A stretch of DNA of 64,000 bases from Candidatus Yanofskybacteria bacterium (lineage in GTDB: Bacteria > Patescibacteriota > Minisyncoccia > 2-02-FULL-40-12 > IGHO2-12-FULL-4), in the NCBI GenBank assembly GCA_016185525.1, contig JACPNK010000005.1:92473-156472 (forward strand), given 5' to 3'. The translations under genes were made by a program, and so were the position numbers. Below are positions 1-8,544 of this stretch, piece after piece (the first letter of the stretch is position 1; each line of letters opens with the position of its first letter). The notes under the pieces were generated by a model. That model was not told the origin of the DNA. It ran no database searches and saw only the letters and a list, made by a program, of their open reading frames with translations.

Positions 1-107
1 TTGTTTCCGTTTTTTGTTTTTTTGGCCTGAACACTTTTTCAGCCGAAAAAACAGTTCAAGAACCGACCCAGTTTAGAGTAGAGGTTAAGAATGTTCACCT
101 ACCGCTC

Positions 108-1145
108 TTGATTTTTGATAAGGGACAGACAATAAAGCTTGACAAAGAAAATTTCCGAATTTTTGAGGGCGAAAAAGATGTTAACAGACAAATCATCTGG
201 ACCGAGCAGGGAATAGTGAGTTTTAGCAGATACGAAGACCAAGCTATCGCTTTGGCGGTGGCCATAGACTCAAGCGAGTCTATGATTCCCACTTTTCAAC
301 CCAACGCGCAACTTGAAGAAAACAAACTGGAACAAGCCAAAAATGCCGCTCGTTCACTTTTTCGTTCTGTTTTCAGGGAAGAAAAAGACATTGGTTTGGC
401 TTCAGAAATCGCTTATGAAATTAACTTTCTGGATTCTGATAAACTTGAAGATATCTTCGGTGCCAATATCCCAAGAAATTTCTTTTTTAGAAACACCTAC
501 TTCTCTTTCATCAAAAGATACGGCAGTGTAACTTTTGCTTCAACCAGCCTTTTCATCAACCAAGATTGGACTGACAATTTAAAAAAAATTGAAATTGGCA
601 TAAGCAAAGCCAACCAGCCCGGTGGCAACACGCCTCTAAGGGACGCCGTGTTTAATTTAGCCCAACACTTTTCTCATGTTAACGGCGACTTTCTAAGAGT
701 TGCGGTTGTCCTAACTGACGGTCTGGATATGCCAGACCCTCAAGTGGCAGGTGAAGTAAAAATTAATAGACACAGTCTGGCGGAAGTTATAAACGAACTG
801 CAAAATAATCAAGTGCTGGTCTATACTGTCGGCCTTTACCAGCAGGAACCGGCTCTTTTGTTCGGTTCTAACCGGGCAGTCCAGGCGACAGACTTTTTGG
901 AAGAGTTGGCCAAAACCACAGGTGGGTTGGCTTTCTTTGAAGTAAACCTTTCCAGACTAAGCGCTGTGTTTTTCAAAATTGGCGCCATGATAAGAAGTGT
1001 TAACTTTTTGAGCTATGAACCGATTAGCAACACGGAAGGCGAGAGACTGATTAAAGTAGAAGCGGGGGAGTGGGACACCCACAACAAATGGCACAAAAAA
1101 AATTACACGCTCTTTCATAGACAAGGATATTTTTACAAAAAGTAA
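108..1145 (+). CDS. von Willebrand factor type A (vWA) domain protein. The reading frame stays open back to window position 1, so the true start may lie upstream of the window.
   Basis: MIDAS-type motif residues in translation: DSSESM, GGNTPL, VVLTDGLD. ORF track gives a TTG start at 108. A hairpin terminator follows. Confidence 0.7.
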   Translation: MIFDKGQTIKLDKENFRIFEGEKDVNRQIIWTEQGIVSFSRYEDQAIALAVAIDSSESMIPTFQPNAQLEENKLEQAKNAARSLFRSVFREEKDIGLASEIAYEINFLDSDKLEDIFGANIPRNFFFRNTYFSFIKRYGSVTFASTSLFINQDWTDNLKKIEIGISKANQPGGNTPLRDAVFNLAQHFSHVNGDFLRVAVVLTDGLDMPDPQVAGEVKINRHSLAEVINELQNNQVLVYTVGLYQQEPALLFGSNRAVQATDFLEELAKTTGGLAFFEVNLSRLSAVFFKIGAMIRSVNFLSYEPISNTEGERLIKVEAGEWDTHNKWHKKNYTLFHRQGYFYKK

Positions 1146-1168
1146 GTGGCAAAAAATGCCACTTTTTT
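1146..1168 (+). terminator. rho-independent terminator after the vWA gene
   Basis: gtggca-aaaaa-tgccac stem-loop followed by a TTTTTT tract. Confidence 0.7.
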
Positions 1169-1225
1169 GTTATTTGTGTGTCGCTTCGCCAATAGCGCTT
1201 TCTCCGGTCAGTCAAAACCAAGCTT

Positions 1226-1376
1226 CGCAGATACAACTCCTTCAGTACGTTCGCTACACCAGCGGTTTCGCTCACTCGCGACGTCGGCATATTTGAAATG
1301 AAGTGAGAAAAATTATACTTCATTTCAACCGTGCAATATGCCTTCTCAGCGACTTCAGGAGCTGTATCTGCTACGC
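1226..1376. repeat. long imperfect palindromic intergenic element, copy A of a two-member family (other copy at 25096-25290)
   Basis: Outer arms cgcagatacaactccttcagtacgttcgctac and ctcagcgacttcaggagctgtatctgctacgc are inverted complements. Inner palindrome is ggcatatttgaaatgaagt ... acttcatttcaa ... atatgcc. It shares the ordered motifs agtacgttcg, tcactcgcg and aattatact with the copy at 25.1 kb. Confidence 0.6.
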
Positions 1377-1434
1377 TTTCATATGTTACCTAAAGTTCAC
1401 CAAAAACCCCTTATTTCTCAATGCTTTTTGACCA

Positions 1435-1464
1435 TTGACTAGGGTACTATAAATTTGTTATAAT
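1435..1464 (+). promoter_or_regulatory. sigma-70-like promoter (TTGACT, 17 bp spacer, TATAAT) upstream of the GC-rich gene at 1530
   Basis: ttgact at 1435-1440, 17-bp spacer, tataat at 1459-1464. A good RBS (gagaaggaaATG) lies before 1530. Confidence 0.55.
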
Positions 1465-1529
1465 ATAAGTACGGTATAGATCTTAAAAAACAAGGTTTTT
1501 AGCCCAAACGGGCAGAAAGAGAGAAGGAA

Positions 1530-2282
1530 ATGTTGAAAAACTTTTTGAGAATCGCCGGTTTTTTGAGTCTGCTTTTCGGCGGCCAGTTCACGCTGACCGC
1601 CATGGCCCAAGGCGACCTGGGTCGAGTGGTCCAGGGAAACTTGGACATCATTTCCAGAAACCACATCCGAGGGGATGTGGCCAATCTGGAAGCCCAGATC
1701 CATAGCCTCATTTACCACGAGCGCTACGGGTATGGATATCTCGATGATGGTTATTTCTACGGGACCGACCAGTACGGTCGGGGTAACCGTGGAAGAGTTC
1801 ACATCAGCCCCATTGAAGTCGGGATTGGTGGGGCCATGATTGGTGGATCGGTCGATGGTTGGCGAGGTGCCGCTATCGGTGGAACTGCCGGCTACTTCGG
1901 GACCAAGGCTGTAAAGGCCGTTGTCCAACACAAACGCAACAAGCGAGAACAGAAGGAAGCCGAAGCCATGGCCGCCCAAGCGCAAGCGGAAGCTCAAGCC
2001 ATGCTCGAGAAAAAATTCTTCTGGAACGACACCGAGTCCGTGAATGCCGGGGTTTTTTATCAGGACAATAACGGTACCCAGTATGTCCGGGTGGGTCCTG
2101 GACAAAAAATCCTGCTGTTTATTCTGCCTGGCTCCAATGTTGGTGTTATGGCCGAGGGAGTAGTAACACCCAGTGGCCGGACCATCAACAAAGAGATCCC
2201 CTACGGCAAGGGGAAACAGTTCCTCCCAGCCAATGCTGGCTGGCGAATTTTCAACGTCCAGCTGGACAAGCTGGACTGGTAA
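1530..2282 (+). CDS. secreted glycine-zipper domain protein (signal peptide plus GGAMIGGSVDGWRGAAIGGTAGYFG); GC-rich relative to neighbouring genes
   Basis: N-terminal signal peptide. Gly-zipper-like segment. Has its own promoter and RBS. High GC3 codon usage unlike its neighbours. Confidence 0.6.
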   Translation: MLKNFLRIAGFLSLLFGGQFTLTAMAQGDLGRVVQGNLDIISRNHIRGDVANLEAQIHSLIYHERYGYGYLDDGYFYGTDQYGRGNRGRVHISPIEVGIGGAMIGGSVDGWRGAAIGGTAGYFGTKAVKAVVQHKRNKREQKEAEAMAAQAQAEAQAMLEKKFFWNDTESVNAGVFYQDNNGTQYVRVGPGQKILLFILPGSNVGVMAEGVVTPSGRTINKEIPYGKGKQFLPANAGWRIFNVQLDKLDW

Positions 2283-2297
2283 AGAAAGGATAAAAAA

Positions 2298-2669
2298 ATG
2301 AGAGCAAGTGGGCAAATCGTTATGGGTGGCAGAAGAATCGCCACTCAAAATTTTCATGTTCTTGGGCCGGGTGGTGGGACCTGGTGGGTGAAGTATTCTT
2401 GGTGGGTGATACCACTGGGAGTGGTGTTGTTGGTCCTACCGGCAGTCGGCTACTGGTCCGGGGCAAGGGTTTTTTCCTTCTCCGGTCAGACGACCACCTC
2501 TGCGCCGGCGGTAATGACACCACAACCGATTGTAGTAACACCGGTACCGGTTGTGATTCAATCACCACCACCGCCGGCACTAACAACTCCTTCAGCTCTG
2601 GGCGAAGCGGAAGAGGCTGGTGTAAAGCCTCCTCCTAAGCCCAAAAGCTTGTGGGAGTTAAACCCCTAG
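2298..2669 (+). CDS. small membrane protein with a Pro/Thr-rich C-terminal tail; GC-rich
   Basis: Transmembrane segment WWVIPLGVVLLVLPAVGYW, then a PQPIVVTPVPVVIQSPPPPALTTP tail. Co-oriented with the 1530 gene. Confidence 0.5.
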   Translation: MRASGQIVMGGRRIATQNFHVLGPGGGTWWVKYSWWVIPLGVVLLVLPAVGYWSGARVFSFSGQTTTSAPAVMTPQPIVVTPVPVVIQSPPPPALTTPSALGEAEEAGVKPPPKPKSLWELNP

Positions 2670-2697
2670 TGTATTTCTCTGGCCAAGAATTTCGGCC

Positions 2698-2727
2698 ACC
2701 CTGCACCATCCGGTACAGGGTTTTTTT
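2698..2727 (+). terminator. hairpin plus T-tract terminator after the GC-rich gene pair
   Basis: ccctg ... caggg stem followed by ttttttt. Confidence 0.5.
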
Positions 2728-2755
2728 ATCCAGAAAAAGTTACTCCTGAACAAGA

Positions 2756-3016
2756 TTATCGGTAAATATCTTTGCGGTTTGCAACTCTGATTAACTGGAC
2801 TGTGTCGGGACTAAGAAGTTGAAAAATCACCCGGTAGTCACGGGTGATTCGGAAAGAGTAGAAACCAGACAAATCTGCGGAGAGCTGTTTAGTATGCAAA
2901 AGCGGATGAAAAATATTTTGTTCAAGCAAAGCTGTCTGGGTGTCAAGTTTGTTCTGGATTTTATCTGGCAAGTCCTTAGCTGACTTAAGAAATACCCTAG
3001 TAAAAACAACTCTCAT
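2756..3016 (-). CDS. type II toxin, RelE/ParE family
   Basis: Translation ...GFYSFRITRDYRVIF...LIRVANRKDIY is typical of RelE/ParE. It overlaps the upstream small gene by 4 bp (ATGA). Confidence 0.75.
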   Translation of the reverse strand: MRVVFTRVFLKSAKDLPDKIQNKLDTQTALLEQNIFHPLLHTKQLSADLSGFYSFRITRDYRVIFQLLSPDTVQLIRVANRKDIYR

Positions 3017-3234
3017 TTAACTTTTTTGATAGCTTCCAGCAGAGAACCGCAACCATTGAAAGTATGAGTGGGTTTTTCCTTGGCTGCTCTTAAAATTTTA
3101 CGAACAAAGACAGGATTGTACTCTCCCTCTTCATCACGGCCAAGCATGCCAATCACTAGCGAACGCATTATGCCCATCTCTCTTTTAATGGTTGAAATCT
3201 CAGAATAAATTTTTTCGTTAGTAACTCTATTCAT
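3013..3234 (-). CDS. putative cognate antitoxin of the adjacent RelE/ParE toxin
   Basis: 73-aa ORF immediately upstream of the toxin and translationally coupled to it. The fold is not recognised from sequence alone. Confidence 0.45.
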   Translation of the reverse strand: MNRVTNEKIYSEISTIKREMGIMRSLVIGMLGRDEEGEYNPVFVRKILRAAKEKPTHTFNGCGSLLEAIKKVK

Positions 3235-3306
3235 AATTCAACTATACTCCAATTACGAATAAAGTCAAAAATTGAAAAATAAGTACAAAAAAGATAAGAT
3301 AAAGTT

Positions 3307-3759
3307 ATGAAGTTTTTGTCAAAGAGTCCTAAAGAAACGCAAAAAGCGGCGGGAGTTCTGGCTAAGAAAATAACCCGAAAAACTTTGCAAAAAAGAACTG
3401 CTTTGGTGCTGGGTTTGGAAGGGGAGCTTGGCGCCGGCAAAACTACTTTCGTGAAAGGTTTTGCCAAAGGTCTAGGCCTCAAAAACAAAATTTCTAGCCC
3501 GACTTTTGTTTTAATAAAGTCTTATAACTTAAAACTTACGACTTATAACAACCTCTTCCACATTGACGCCTACCGGCTTAAAGACCACGAGGATTTAATC
3601 AGGCTGGGCATAAAAGAAATTTTTAGTAATCCCAAAAATTTAATCTTAATTGAATGGTCAGATAGAGTAAGAAAAATATTGCCAAAAAACTATCTTAGAA
3701 TTCACATAGACCACATAGACGAGAATGAAAGAAAAATTGTTATAGAAAATGACAAATGA
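3307..3759 (+). CDS. tsaE: tRNA threonylcarbamoyladenosine biosynthesis protein TsaE (YjeE-type P-loop ATPase)
   Basis: LGLEGELGAGKTTFVKG Walker A followed by SPTF. Size 150 aa. Confidence 0.8.
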   Translation: MKFLSKSPKETQKAAGVLAKKITRKTLQKRTALVLGLEGELGAGKTTFVKGFAKGLGLKNKISSPTFVLIKSYNLKLTTYNNLFHIDAYRLKDHEDLIRLGIKEIFSNPKNLILIEWSDRVRKILPKNYLRIHIDHIDENERKIVIENDK

Positions 3760-3870
3760 CAAAACTCAAATGACAAATCAATGACAAAATCTAAAATCTT
3801 AAATTTATTAGTTTGACATTTGAGCTTTGGATTTGAATTGTCATTAGTCATTTGGATTTAGTCATTAACT
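3745..3870. repeat. iterated AATGACAAA repeats (4 direct copies, 3 inverted copies) spanning the tsaE stop and the region upstream of polA
   Basis: aaatgacaaatgacaaaactcaaatgacaaatcaatgacaaaatc ... ttgtcattagtcatttggatttagtcatt. A similar string caaatgacaaatgacaaaaatcttaaaac recurs at 55565-55600, where it forms the 5' end of fba. Confidence 0.5.
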
Positions 3871-3871
3871 T

Positions 3872-6490
3872 ATGAAGAAACTCATTCTTATTGACGCCAA
3901 CGCTTTGGTCCACCGAGCCTTTCATGCTTTACCGCCCCTGACCTCACCTCAAGGCATGATTGTTAACGCAGTCTATGGCTTTACCTCGGTATTGCTTAAG
4001 ACCATCAAAGATATGCAACCGGACTATATGGCCGCCGCTTTTGATTTGGCCGGACCGACTTTCCGCCACGAAGAGTTTGAAGAATACAAAGCTCACCGCC
4101 AAAAAGCGCCCGATGAACTTTATGCCCAAATACCTCTGATCAAAGAGGTGTTGCAATCTTTCGGTGTTGAAATTTTTGAAAAAGAAGGCTTTGAGGCCGA
4201 CGATTTAATCGGCTCTCTGGCGGAAAAATCAAAAAAAATTCAACAAGACGACGGTCTTCAAACAATAATTTTAACCGGAGATCTGGACACCCTCCAACTG
4301 GTAGAAGAAGACAAAGTGGTTGTTTTTACTTTGAGAAAAGGCGTAACCGACACCGTTATTTACAATGAAAAGGGCGTCAAAGAAAGATACGGCCTGGAAC
4401 CTTATCAAGTTGTGGATTTCAAAGGATTGAAAGGCGATCCGTCAGACAATATTCCCGGAGTGCCAGGTATCGGTGAAAAGACGGCCATAACCTTGTTGCA
4501 GAAATACGGCACAATAGAAAATTTATACAAAGAACTGGCTAAAATAAAAGAATTTAAAAAAGGCGATGCCATAAGCGTTAAACTCGCAGAAAAATTAAAA
4601 GAAAACGAAAAGCAGGCAATTTTTAGTAAAAAATTGGCGACAATCGTTACTAATCTTGACATTGATTTTTCGTTGGAGAAAGTAAGCTGGAAAAATAAAT
4701 ATGACAAAACAACAGTTATTCAAATCCTGAAAAAATTAGGTTTTAACAGCTTGCTTGCCCGTCTTCCGAATGGACGAGCACCTCTATCCGAACTTGACAC
4801 GATAAAAAACAAAAACCAAGCCGAAAATCAAGGGAGTGAGCAAAAAAGCTTGGGTTTTAATGAGTCACAGCCTTTGATTTTACAAAACTCCGACCCGAAT
4901 GCCGTTTACTTAAACGGCAATACTACTATACCGGAAAAAGTATCTTCAAGACTTAAGGACATTTTAGAAGATAAAAGCATTGCCAAAAGAGGGCATAACT
5001 TAAAGCCTGTTGTTAAACTTCTTCTAGACCAAGGCGTTCGCATTAAAAATCTTGACTTTGATACAGCTGTGGCGTCTTACTTGGTGAGGCCGGAACTTAA
5101 AAATTACGATTTAGACAAAATCTACTTTGTGGAATTCGCCCAGTCTTTTACAGACATGGGTTCGGCCTTGCCGAAATTAGTGAAAGTTCTTGAGAAGAAG
5201 CTAAAAGAAAAAGAGTTGCTTAAAGTTTTTGAAGAAATTGAGATGCCTTTGATTCCCGTCTTAGCGGAAGTGGAAAGAAACGGCATCAAAATTGATACGG
5301 CTGGTTTAGAAAAATTGTCAGAAAAAGTAAATTATGAAATTACCGGCTTAGAAAAGAAAATTTATGAGCAAGCTCGCCTGCCGGACGAGCAAGCTGGACA
5401 AGAATTTAATATCAACTCACCCCAGCAACTCGGAGAAATTCTTTTTGACAAGCTTCAACTTAAAACCAGAGTCAAGAAAACCAGCGGGGGAGCCCGTTCC
5501 ACAGCCGTCTCCGAACTTGAAAAACTGGTTGACGAACATCCGATAATTGAACTGATAATGCAGTACCGAGAGCTTCAAAAACTAAAAACGACCTACATCG
5601 AACCGTTTCCAGCCTTAATTAACCGGAAAGACCATCGCATACATACCACGTACAACCAAATGGGTACAGTTACCGGCAGACTTTCCAGCCAGGACCCAAA
5701 TTTACAGAATATTCCCGTTCGCACTGAACTTGGGCAAGAGTTTAGAAAGGCCTTTGTCGCTGAAAACGGCTGGCAACTTTTATCCCTTGACTACTCACAA
5801 ATTGAATTAAGAATAGCCGCTTATCTGTCAGGCGACCGGAAGATGCTTGAGGCTTTCCAAAACAAGGAAGATATTCATACCCGTACGGCCGCCGAGGTCT
5901 TTGAGGTCAGTCCAGACAAAGTTACTCCTCAAATGCGCCGACAAGCCAAAGCCCTGAATTTTGGCATTTTATTTGGTATGGGTGTCCTTGGCTTCGCCCG
6001 TTCCGCTGGAGTAGACAAAATGCGTGCCCGAGAGTTCATCACAAAATATTTAAAAAAGTTTTCCGGCATGGCCGCCTACATGGAAAAAGCTAAGACTGAA
6101 GCTAGAGAAAAAGGTTTTGTCCAAACCTACTTCGGCAGAAGAAGAGACTTACCAGAGATAAATTCCAGCATGCCCCACATGGTGGCCCAAGCCGAGAGAA
6201 TGGCCGTCAATGCCCCGATTCAGGGAACAGAGGCTGATATAATGAAACTAGCCATGATAGGGGTTTACAATTTCATCCACGAAAATAAACTTGAAGATGA
6301 AGCTAAAATTTTACTGCAAGTTCACGATGAGCTATTATGCGAGGTGAAAGAGGAAAAGACGGCAAAAATCGCATTGAAATTCAAAGAAATCATGGAGAAC
6401 ATTTGGTCTCCTAACGCGCAAAAGGGGCAGGTCAAAGTACCCGTAGTAGTTGAAACTAAAGTCGGGAGAAATTGGTCAGAAATGTCATGA
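3872..6490 (+). CDS. polA: DNA polymerase I (5'-3' exonuclease domain plus polymerase domain)
   Basis: Motifs DYSQIELR and QVHDELL. N-terminal FEN-like domain. 872 aa. Confidence 0.95.
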   Translation: MKKLILIDANALVHRAFHALPPLTSPQGMIVNAVYGFTSVLLKTIKDMQPDYMAAAFDLAGPTFRHEEFEEYKAHRQKAPDELYAQIPLIKEVLQSFGVEIFEKEGFEADDLIGSLAEKSKKIQQDDGLQTIILTGDLDTLQLVEEDKVVVFTLRKGVTDTVIYNEKGVKERYGLEPYQVVDFKGLKGDPSDNIPGVPGIGEKTAITLLQKYGTIENLYKELAKIKEFKKGDAISVKLAEKLKENEKQAIFSKKLATIVTNLDIDFSLEKVSWKNKYDKTTVIQILKKLGFNSLLARLPNGRAPLSELDTIKNKNQAENQGSEQKSLGFNESQPLILQNSDPNAVYLNGNTTIPEKVSSRLKDILEDKSIAKRGHNLKPVVKLLLDQGVRIKNLDFDTAVASYLVRPELKNYDLDKIYFVEFAQSFTDMGSALPKLVKVLEKKLKEKELLKVFEEIEMPLIPVLAEVERNGIKIDTAGLEKLSEKVNYEITGLEKKIYEQARLPDEQAGQEFNINSPQQLGEILFDKLQLKTRVKKTSGGARSTAVSELEKLVDEHPIIELIMQYRELQKLKTTYIEPFPALINRKDHRIHTTYNQMGTVTGRLSSQDPNLQNIPVRTELGQEFRKAFVAENGWQLLSLDYSQIELRIAAYLSGDRKMLEAFQNKEDIHTRTAAEVFEVSPDKVTPQMRRQAKALNFGILFGMGVLGFARSAGVDKMRAREFITKYLKKFSGMAAYMEKAKTEAREKGFVQTYFGRRRDLPEINSSMPHMVAQAERMAVNAPIQGTEADIMKLAMIGVYNFIHENKLEDEAKILLQVHDELLCEVKEEKTAKIALKFKEIMENIWSPNAQKGQVKVPVVVETKVGRNWSEMS

Positions 6491-7470
6491 AAATTTCTAC
6501 AACAAAAATACTTTTAATTGGACTCGGGATCGTTGGCTTTATTGCCGGCTGGTTTTTGTTTTTCAGTAACAACAAAATTGAGGTCAAAAGGGGTGAAGCC
6601 ATGCTGGAAGGAATGAATTTTCCGGAGTCAGATCTCTCCGGCATTAAATGCGAAAAAGCCAAAGTCAGACCGCTGGCAGTCATGTTGGCTTCTGATCCGG
6701 AAACCAGACCCCTTTCGGGCATTGGAGAAGCTGACTTAGTCTTTGAAATGCCCGTAACCGACGGCGGGGTCACAAGAATGATGGCTGTTTTTCAATGCGA
6801 CTGGCCAGAAGAAATCGGCTCCATAAGGTCCTCGCGTTCTGACTTTATTCCGCTGGTACAGGGACTGGGAGCGGTTTATGCCCACTGGGGAGGAGAGAAA
6901 GAGGCGCTTTCAGAACTAAACCGTGGCGTAGTTGATAACATAGATGCTATGAAATACGACGGCACAATATATTACAGGAAAAAAGGAGCAAAACCTCCTC
7001 ATAACGGTTTCACCAATCCAGAACTTATAAACAAAGCTATTGTCAGTTTAGAGTATGGACTAAGCAAATCATTGAGTTCATATTCCCACCAAAACTCAAA
7101 GAGCTCTGGCGACATCCAACCGCCAACAATCTACAAAGATGAGTTTCAGATAGCTTGGGAGTATGATCAAGCCAGCAACTCATACCGCCGGAAAAGAGGC
7201 GGTAAAGAAGAAATAGACAAAAACACCTCCAAACAAGTTGAGGCAAAAAATATCGTTCTCATGAAAACAACATGGTCTCCTGTCAGTAAAGACTATATCC
7301 GAGTAAAAACTGTCGGCTCCGGCGAGGCAACCTTCTACCAGAACGGGCAAGAAATCAAAGGCTTCTGGAAAAAAATTACGGCCAAAGAAAAGCTTTATTT
7401 TTACGATGCCGAAGGTGGTGAGTTAAAATTTACACCGGGAACGACCTGGGTTGAGATAGTTACAGATTAA
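6487..7470 (+). CDS. DUF3048 (YerB-like) domain protein, membrane-anchored. Start taken at the ATG that overlaps the polA stop (ATGA).
   Basis: RPLAVMLASDPETRPLSGIGEADLVFEMPVTDGGVTRMMAVFQ matches the DUF3048 signature. N-terminal TM segment. Confidence 0.6.
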   Translation: MKISTTKILLIGLGIVGFIAGWFLFFSNNKIEVKRGEAMLEGMNFPESDLSGIKCEKAKVRPLAVMLASDPETRPLSGIGEADLVFEMPVTDGGVTRMMAVFQCDWPEEIGSIRSSRSDFIPLVQGLGAVYAHWGGEKEALSELNRGVVDNIDAMKYDGTIYYRKKGAKPPHNGFTNPELINKAIVSLEYGLSKSLSSYSHQNSKSSGDIQPPTIYKDEFQIAWEYDQASNSYRRKRGGKEEIDKNTSKQVEAKNIVLMKTTWSPVSKDYIRVKTVGSGEATFYQNGQEIKGFWKKITAKEKLYFYDAEGGELKFTPGTTWVEIVTD

Positions 7471-7492
7471 AACCCCCCCCAACGACAAATTC

Positions 7493-8470
7493 ATGTTTCA
7501 CTTTTTTTACGGCCAAGAAAATTTTTCGGTTAAAGAAGCTGTCAAAAAAAAGACAGCTGATTTTTTGAAAACAGCGCCCGACTTAATCATTGAAAAAATA
7601 GACATCAATCAAGAGGGGGGGGTGAAATCATTAAAAGACGCTTTGGAGACTAGATCCATATTCAATGAAGGCAAGATTGTTATTGCCAACGCTCTTTTTG
7701 CAAACGGCCAGACACAAGAGGCTGTCTTGGAAATATTAAAAAAATATTTCCAAGACCCTGAAAAAAACTTCCATTTGATTTTTTACGAATTCTACTCCGG
7801 TCCGGAGTTAAATAAAAAGGGCAAAAAACTTTTTCAATTTTTATCTCAAAACGCTCCGAAGTCAGGAGAAATTTTACCGCTCAAGAGCTCCGCCTTAGAA
7901 AAATGGTGCATAGAGGAGTTTAAAAGTGCGGGACTAAAAATTCAAGTACCGATGGCCAGAAAATTGCTTTTTCTGGTTTCACAGTCCCAAGAAAAAGCAA
8001 AAAACGAAATTGCCAAATTGATAGCTTACAAAAACTTTGACAGCCAAAGCAAAGACAAAGAAGTCAAAGAAGCCGACTTGGACAAAATAGTGGCGCCGGA
8101 ACTGACTCTAAACAATTTTGATTTAACCGATACCATGGCCGGTAAAAATCAGAGAAAAGCCATCTTACTGCTGGACCGATATCTTTCAGAAGGGGAAGAC
8201 CCCTACGCAATTCTGGGGTTAGTCATATATCAGTTCCGCGTCCTTTTGCGGATAAAGTCTCTAACCAAAAAAGCCGTGCCCTATAGCCAGCTTGCCGGCC
8301 TGTCTAAACTGCACCCTTTTGTTATCAGAAAAAATTACGAAAATGCCCGCAAGTTTGAGATGGAGGATCTTAAGAGAATATATCAAGAGTTGCGCGATGC
8401 AGATATCAATGCTAAAAACGGCGTCCTAAATCTGTCGGACTTCCTCTTTAGTTTTTTAATGAAAAACTAG
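7493..8470 (+). CDS. holA: DNA polymerase III delta subunit
   Basis: MFHFFYGQENF start. Size and synteny next to polA. Fold-level resemblance only. Confidence 0.6.
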   Translation: MFHFFYGQENFSVKEAVKKKTADFLKTAPDLIIEKIDINQEGGVKSLKDALETRSIFNEGKIVIANALFANGQTQEAVLEILKKYFQDPEKNFHLIFYEFYSGPELNKKGKKLFQFLSQNAPKSGEILPLKSSALEKWCIEEFKSAGLKIQVPMARKLLFLVSQSQEKAKNEIAKLIAYKNFDSQSKDKEVKEADLDKIVAPELTLNNFDLTDTMAGKNQRKAILLLDRYLSEGEDPYAILGLVIYQFRVLLRIKSLTKKAVPYSQLAGLSKLHPFVIRKNYENARKFEMEDLKRIYQELRDADINAKNGVLNLSDFLFSFLMKN

Positions 8471-8544
8471 CTTGACTCCATAATATTTTTAAATTACGCT
8501 TGCCATAATCAGGTCTTTAAAAAATTAAAGAAAAAAGGTGAAAA

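Noticed and set aside
1458-2357. 299-aa minus-strand ORF (plus a 70-aa ORF at 1499-1711) overlapping the GC-rich gene at 1530-2282
   Set aside because: Antisense to a gene that has its own promoter, RBS and signal peptide. Long antisense ORFs are expected in GC-rich DNA. The product has no recognisable features.
3745-3870. Possible CRISPR array suggested by the repeated AATGACAAA units
   Set aside because: Units are only ~9 bp with 2-6 bp between them and include inverted copies. There is no 25-40-bp repeat/spacer periodicity and no cas genes.
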